Positions 57,730 to 64,000 of a stretch of DNA of 64,000 nt are shown one piece after another. The position numbers and the translations under genes were made by a program. The DNA is from Trichosphaerium sp. ATCC 40318 (lineage: Eukaryota; Protista; Tubulinea), in assembly GCA_038496445.1 (NCBI GenBank), contig JALMLS010000568.1, positions 62,001 to 126,000 on the forward strand, given 5' to 3'. Every line of letters starts with the position of its first letter. Positions within the stretch are counted from its first letter, which is position 1. The notes under the pieces were generated by a model, which was not told the DNA's origin, did not search any database, and was given only the letters and a program-made list of their open reading frames with translations.

Positions 57730-58432
57730 ATTTTTTTTTTTTTTTTTTTTTGAAGTAGGTATTTGACAAGTCAAAGTTCCTCAGAGTCCTTAATCGGATC
57801 GCACATAAGTCACGGCGGCGTTAGCCGCCGTGTACCCTTCCCAAGGCGTGCAATGCACGCCTCTTACATGGGGTTGGGTAGTCTGAGTAAACCCACTGTT
57901 GTCCTTTCGGGTGGATCGAGATTCACCCCAGGACGGTATAATTAATAAATTATGTAATAGGCGGTTCTACAAACCTTCTATATATACTGTCCAGTTCAGG
58001 ACATTCAACATATTCTCCATCGCTATATTTCCACCAATCCTCGTGCTTTTTACATCTTGATATATATATATCATGCGCATTGTTAACCAAAATGTGTTGC
58101 ACTTCTTTAAGTGTCTTGGTCACTATTTTCTTTTTAAAACTTTGCTCAATAATGCTATCAGAGAGACCAGCGGGTATGTACGCCTTAGCACCCAACTCCC
58201 GTACTTCAGCGGAAGGTGCATACCTAGCTTTAAAGCTGGCATGATCATTAGAGGACGGCCAAAACCTCTTGTACTTAACTCCAGGAAGATTATCTTCCAT
58301 CACCTTTTTAATACGTTTAGCGTTGTGTACACGTATGTGTTCATGTTCAACACAGTCCGCTAGAATATGCATAGTGGTTTCCTCAGAGGGACAGAAGACA
58401 CATACACCATCAGAGTACTTATGATTATGCAT
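57730..58432 (-). mobile_element. 5'-truncated non-LTR retrotransposon (LINE) 3' end with poly(A) tail
   Basis: ORF2 C-terminal zinc knuckle CVFCPSEETTMHILADC..H, then HDIYISRCK; stop at 57950; about 200-nt 3'UTR; poly(T) run on the plus strand at about 57730-57751. Confidence 0.85.
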
Positions 58433-58469
58433 TGTTGGTTAATGACATCAACTTAAAGTGAAATAGCCC

Positions 58470-58590
58470 GTATCAAAGTACAACTTTTCAATCACTTTTG
58501 AAATGTGATTAAGGATGCGTACTTAAAATGTATCAAAGTACAACTTTTCAATCACCTTCAGAATGTGATTAAGGATGTGTACTTAAAACG
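58470..58590. repeat. Two-copy tandem repeat of about 60 bp
   Basis: GTATCAAAGTACAACTTTTCAATCAC..AATGTGATTAAGGATG.GTACTTAAAA occurs twice. Confidence 0.8.
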
Positions 58591-59062
58591 TAATGACTCT
58601 AATGGTGGCAAATACAACATTGGTTGTCTGGTAACTGTGTTAAGTAGGTGAACTTAGATCGTAATAGCAACAATCAATCTAGTGAATTGTATTAAGCAAG
58701 GAAACTTAGTGTACAATGGCAACAATCAATCTTAGAGTAATGGCTATTCACTAGTGCTAAGTAATACAACTTAATGCAACATAGCACCAATAGGAGAAAT
58801 AGAAAGATGGAAAAAAAGTAGGTAGTGTGAACATGGACCCTTGGTGTACACTATCATCACACTGTGGTATTGTCTTAATATGATATAGCCAGTATACTCA
58901 GTGATTGTATTATTGGTTAACGACATACACTTAATACGACATAGCCCCAATAGGAACAAATAAGTTGTATGACATTGCAAATACCCTAATTAGTATTAGG
59001 TTTAGGGTTAAGTCTATGATATCCGTAGTTACATATCACTCAAGGAGTTCAAGTAAGAGACG

Positions 59063-59183
59063 TTAAGTAGTATCAGTAATTACACCAATAGGGTTAAGTA
59101 ATACAACAATTGCGCCACTGTGATTAAGTAATACAGCAATTGCACCACTTAGATTAAGAAATACAACAATTGCACCACTAGTG
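59063..59183. repeat. 30-bp minisatellite, about four copies
   Basis: TTAAGTAATACAACAATTGC(G/A)CCACT..GA repeated head-to-tail without spacers. Confidence 0.8.
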
Positions 59184-59662
59184 GAGGCATCCTTTGCCAA
59201 GGCGCATCCAAATCGTCTGTAAAGGCTACGGAGGTAACTGAACAATAGTTGAATTAGCGATGTTCCAAACGAATAGAATACCGAATATATCGCCAAAACG
59301 TAAAAAGTTGGAAATAGTCTACTATATAAACCTATTCGGTTTTTAGGTAAAACTAAGTCACGGTAGGCCTAACCGACACTTTTGTTGTGTGAAATTGTGC
59401 CAGTGGTGACGTTTTTTTGACAATTCGAGCCAATCTTGAGCCCACCACGTGATCTATTTTTTTGCTGGAAAACAAACGTTTTTGTTTATGGCATGAAGAT
59501 ATTCTAATTAGCAAATACCAGTATCACTAAATAGTTCTGACTAGTACAAATCTTTATTGTTACATGAAAAGTTTGAAATCTAAGAAAGTTCATCACTCAA
59601 TCGTCTACTTGACTTCTGAAAGAAGCACTCATCGTTATTTTTTTTATCAGGAAAAAACGTAC

Positions 59663-61103
59663 TTATCCTTCGTTTTTTTACCACCCTGCACTTTTCTTGT
59701 TTTCTACTTGTGTCAGCAATGATAACAAGGAGAAAAAAAGTGCTTACGTATTATTTGAACGTCGCTTACTTTGAGGTTTCTGTTGTTTTTCTATGTTTCT
59801 TTTCTTTTTTTTTTCTATTTCATACTGGGCTTGCATTTGTTCTTCAGAATCGTAGAAAGATATATAGTCGTTTGTGTCCACAGTACACCCTGCTCTTGCT
59901 CTACATGTTGTAACGTATATCGTGATCCACTTGACCGCTTGTGCACTTGGTTTATGCACAAAGGTAGCTTTGTATTTACCAGGAAAGGCAAAAGCAAGTA
60001 TTATGTCATATTTGCTATTTTCAGGGCAAGAGTGATGTATCATCAACCCTTTTTTGGAATACTTTTCATTTAGTTCCTCGGAGCTCTCTCCGCAGCCAAA
60101 GGAGATCTCGTCAAACGAATCCCTTGACAGCTTTGGAGTGCCTGTTATAACAACCCTGTACTCTTTCATGGGCTTATTAAATATGAGTTTGAGTGGTTTT
60201 CTTCTCTTTGGGTCAAGAGCAACTGACTTCCAAAATAATGAAGGTGTCTAGAACGTATTTTATAAAGGAATTGCGTATGGTATTTAACTCACCTTCACCC
60301 TTAGTTGCGTTACCATTATTGCTAGTATGTACTGCCCTTCGCTATACATATAATCTTCACCTGATGTGCTGTTAATTTTTGTTGATGCGTGGCTCTGTAT
60401 ATCTGTTTGTTTCGTTTTCTTGGAGGCTGTTAACAGTTCTCTTGATGATGTTTGCATTAGCAGCAGTCCTTCACAGGTAGCCGTAAATTGTTGCCCTCCG
60501 GTCAAACTTCTAAAGAGACCAGAATGTTCGTTTGGTACCAAGTCACTTCTCGTCACGTGATTTTCAATACCGTATAAACTGGAAAAGTGCTTGTGGATAT
60601 GATCTTTTTCGTTGTGGTAAATCTTAGCTATTGTGGCCGCTGTAAGATGCGCTTTCGTTCGAGCGTTAATATTAGCGCCTGCAACTATTTTAGCGCCTAA
60701 CAAGCAAACTTGGTCGAAAAATGTCGTGCCTTGTTCTATGAGGTAACGAATGATGTCCGTGTTTCCTTTTGATGCTGCTATGTGTAACGGAGTCTCACCC
60801 GATTTATTACTAAGGTTAACATCAATCCTTGTACAAAGCCTTTCAACCAATTTTAAATTGTTGTTTGAAACCGCCACATGTAATAGAGTATCTCCATCTG
60901 GTGTTATGTCAAGAAAGAGCAATTATTGGTCAACTGTAGACGTGCGCTGCGTTTGTACATCCTGAAGTTGATTCGTAGGGTCATTTATAGCGTCTCGCAT
61001 TACTTTGCTGTCTTCATGGACTGCATGAAATAGTTTGAAAGTCTTGAATACGTTAGTCATCTCAAAATTTGCACAGGATTACCCCATCCGTCGTTTCAGT
61101 CAT
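59663..61103 (-). CDS. Pair 4 gene A4: ankyrin plus domain X (3' end approximate)
   Basis: GDTLLHVAVS, GETPLHIAASKG; YILAIMVTQLRVK|TPSLFW...KGLMIHHSCP..YDIILAFAFPGKYKATF..ITIYVTT; basic tail EKKKKR. Confidence 0.8.
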
Positions 61104-61336
61104 CTCGCTTGATAACCATTTCGATATGTATTTTATAAGGTGCTAAGAGCAATTTCGCAGGATGAGGAACTATTTTCGTCAACTAAGTTCAATTCTCTGA
61201 AACATGAAGTTGAGGCCACCCTAATCATAGAACGAGAACAAGATCATCAAATGTAATTGTAAAACAAACGCCAACTAGCTACAGATAATAAAAAAGGTCC
61301 CATAAAAAATACCAATGTCGACGCCTTCAAACATTG

Positions 61337-61359
61337 TCGAACGACTTAAAAAGTTAAGT
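61337..61359. promoter_or_regulatory. Conserved motif in the pair 4 bidirectional promoter
   Basis: TCGAACGACTTAAAAAGTTAAGT contains ACTTAA-N4-TTAAGT. Confidence 0.55.
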
Positions 61360-61414
61360 GACTTAAAAGTAAACTTCATCGCAATACCAACGCGTTAATA
61401 GCAATCTAACACTT

Positions 61415-63190
61415 ATGAATATGGCCCAGATTGAACTCTGCAATCCACTACATGCAGAGACGCTACTGAACTTCATTGGAAGCGATGTGTATGACCAACA
61501 GCCGTATTTGACGCCTGCTCCTCAAATTAAATTGGTATTTGTCGTTTTTAAGTATTTGTTCGGTTGGAGTGACCACATTACTAGAACAACGAAATTGAGG
61601 AGTCGGATTACGTTATTAGGTGCACTGCTACGCCTATACAAATATGCCTCGCATTTGCTCACGCAGGGTGTTACCAAGTGAGGTTTCCTGCTGAAATTAA
61701 TCCTTTGCGCAAAGTTAAACTACGTGGGGAAAAATGTGAAGGCGAGCATGACAATTGTAGCTATATACTTATTATTTTTAGATTGCGTTTACCGAGGTTT
61801 TTGTGGTGGTCTCGCGACGTTTGATAAGCTCCAATTGGGTAACTTGTTATTGACTTTTTGAACACAAGTATTAATAGTTTAAGGTCTTTTGCGTCATCAC
61901 GAAGATGACCAATTTGCATTTCGCTGTGAGCTTCAGTTTGAATTGTTACGGGTTCGTTGTTTACAATTTTTTGGTTGCTCTAAAAATTATGTTTATTTTA
62001 GAAAGATAGACTCGATCAAGTGATAACAGCTGTTTCAATGAATGTTACAGCGCACGCGTGGATAGGTTAGTGATTTGTTATCAAGCATGACTTTATCGCA
62101 TTTAACACATTCAAGGCAAATCACTACTTCCGCCTCGTATTGATTGTATTTCGCATCCTCAAATAATAGTCGGACAGCACGTGACAAGTAAGTTAGACGA
62201 TACTTCTTTGGATAATTCTATTTTTAAGGTGCTATGATCTCTGGGAAAAGATTAGTAGGTCCATGCAAGGTTTTCATCTCAGACTCTGAGACTCAATCAG
62301 TTTCAAATAAAGCCGCTGCAGTTATTACAGGCATAAATATTCCAGTTGAGTATAGTCCAACAGTGAAAAGGGTGAGAGTATTGTGTTGTAAGTAATTGTG
62401 TTTCTGATGAGCACATGTACTAATTTTGAAACAAGTGAATGGGTACTCGAATGAAATAGAAGTCCAGTACATTGCATTACCATCACCATCACTGTCTAAC
62501 AACACAAGTAAACGTGATCAAAACATGTTATTCATATTTACACGGCATAGATTTCGTTGAGGAGGAAACACATATCGATTATTTGAAGTGTATTTCTGTC
62601 CATAGTAATTTCGCGTTTGACTATACTTTCAGTATCCTGGGGCCTATTAATCAAAGTCAGAGTGCGTTTATCGATATTGAAACATAACTAAACATAGCTA
62701 GATGGAGAGACTGCACTTCACTTTGCAGCAGCCTATGGGACTGTAGAAAACATAAAGACTCTTCTTACAGAAGGTGCATCCCTCGAAGCTACTAATCACA
62801 GAGGTGATACTCCTCTATTCTATGCTGTGGCAACAAAAAATATTGATGTTCTTAAATTCTTGCTGGCTAGCGGTGCGAAAATATAAATTAAGTGCCTCTA
62901 AATGTTAATGGCTCATTATCATTGTAGGAGCATCGATTGAAGCTGTAAACAAAGACTTTCTATCACCGCCCAAAATCGCGGCATTTTTGGGGTATGATAT
63001 CCATGCTTACTGTGAGAGTTATAACACCAAGAATATCAGCTCTCAATATGCCCTCGTGCAGCATAAAGAAACTGATAATTTAATCACATGCATTGAAGAG
63101 TTGAATAATGAGACTGCCGTAAAGAATATTGCTACTAAATTACTATCACAGAAAAAAAGCACCATTATCCATGGTAGATTATCCAAATGA
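61415..63190 (+). CDS. Pair 4 gene B4: N-domain, IPT/TIG, ankyrin, no C-terminal effector
   Basis: TLLNFIG..PYLTPAPQIKL, GLATFDKLQLG, VTAHAWIG, PRIDCISHPQIIVG..AMISGK, GETALHFAAAYG, GDTPLFYAV; stop at 63188-63190. Confidence 0.8.
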
Positions 63191-63498
63191 GGCTACGGGA
63201 GCAAATACGAGATATACTAGACATTGATGGAGCATTTATTGTTACCTTTAAACGAAAGCCATGGACGTTAACACATTATACAGCGGACTCTGTTTTTTTT
63301 TCTTAGTTGCCACTATTTTTGTTCATTGTACTTGTAAAATAACCATATTCAGATTACTGTTCTTGGCATTATAACGCCACCAGGTTGCTCATAATTACTT
63401 CATCAAAACAGCGAAAAAACCTGTGAAGTTCAAAATAAAACTTTCTCAAATAATAAGCACAAATCTACGTTATTTATTGTTAAGACTACTTCCAGGTG

Positions 63499-64000
63499 TC
63501 AGCTTTGGTATAACAAGTGTTGGAACCTCTTTACTAGGGACTTAGGTTTTTCTGGTGTCTCGTTTTCATTGAGATCATCACACCCCAATACTGGTACGAT
63601 ATTGGCCGGTTCTAGAAAGCCTTTGTTTACAGCTGTAATCAGTGCTCCTGTAGATAATGTTAACGCGTTGAAAAGTGCTTAGTTTATTTTCGTACCTTTA
63701 GTGTTCAAGCGATCTGTTCTTAGTGCAGCCCCTCCATCTAGCTATGTTTAGTCATGTATAAGTACCAATAAACGCACTATTGGTAGGCCCCATATTACTG
63801 ATATCATAGTAAGACCCAAAAGTGTTAAACGTGCCCTGCCTTTGATTGATAGGTTCCAGGGTATCCTCTAAAGTAAGAATTGTAAACCCGTCGCCCGTTT
63901 CTTCCTCAATATTGTCTATGCTGTGTAAATACGATATTATAACATATTTTGATTATACTTACTTGCGGTGCTGGTGGGTATTGATGGTGGTGATGATAAT
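63499..64000 (-). CDS. 3' end of a fifth, inverted gene-B paralog with most ankyrin repeats deleted (may be a pseudogene)
   Basis: Exons mirror B4: LSSPPSIPTSTA (B4 ALPSPSLSNNT), EEETG (EEETH), YDISNMGP (YTFSILGP), tagctag|ATGGAG.. truncated ankyrin exon, GALITAVNKGFLEP (GASIEAVNKDFLSP). Confidence 0.7.

Noticed and set aside
57901-57934. Hammerhead ribozyme in the LINE 3'UTR (CUG...GAAA on the minus strand)
   Set aside because: The CUGANGA core is missing; only a hairpin is supported.
59063-59183. 30-bp repeats as a CRISPR array
   Set aside because: Units are head-to-tail with no unique spacers, there are no cas genes, and the DNA is eukaryotic.
30207-63190. Calling the pairs NLRs, or true NF-kB/IkB orthologs
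   Set aside because: No P-loop NACHT/NB-ARC domain or LRRs, and no RxxRxRxxC Rel recognition loop was seen; only architectural analogy is supported.

Overview
Compact, AT-rich eukaryotic nuclear DNA with many short introns (mostly about 35-60 nt). The gene content (CLU-TPR, TKL-type kinases, RapGAP, mitochondrial PPR and bL27m) suggests an amoeba-like protist; the taxon is an inference. The ORF track only shows exon fragments, so I assembled gene models by hand and splice boundaries are approximate. 1-5 kb: intronless F-box/LRR and MORN-variant genes or pseudogenes that look giant-virus-like, around a dual-specificity phosphatase. 5-30 kb: single-copy genes (MRPL27, F-box/LRR, PPR, PH-peroxiredoxin-like-RapGAP, NHL-repeat, ANKRD40-like, DDX60-like helicase, a five-C2-domain Rab fusion, RNase T2). 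30-64 kb: a dynamic array of four head-to-head gene pairs, plus a fifth inverted paralog and a scrambled pseudo-copy. Each pair joins gene A (minus: ankyrin, uncharacterised beta-rich domain X, NLS-like tail) with gene B (plus: beta-sandwich-like N-domain, IPT/TIG, ankyrin, exchangeable C-terminal module). The B module is CLU-TPR, an HRN/GFG pseudokinase with or without a domain X copy, or absent. The pairs share a promoter motif. This array is the best candidate for an undescribed signalling or immune system. It also contains a TAA-TSD TIR element with an empty-site paralog, hAT-like MITEs, a free-standing His-Cys box endonuclease and a 5'-truncated LINE.
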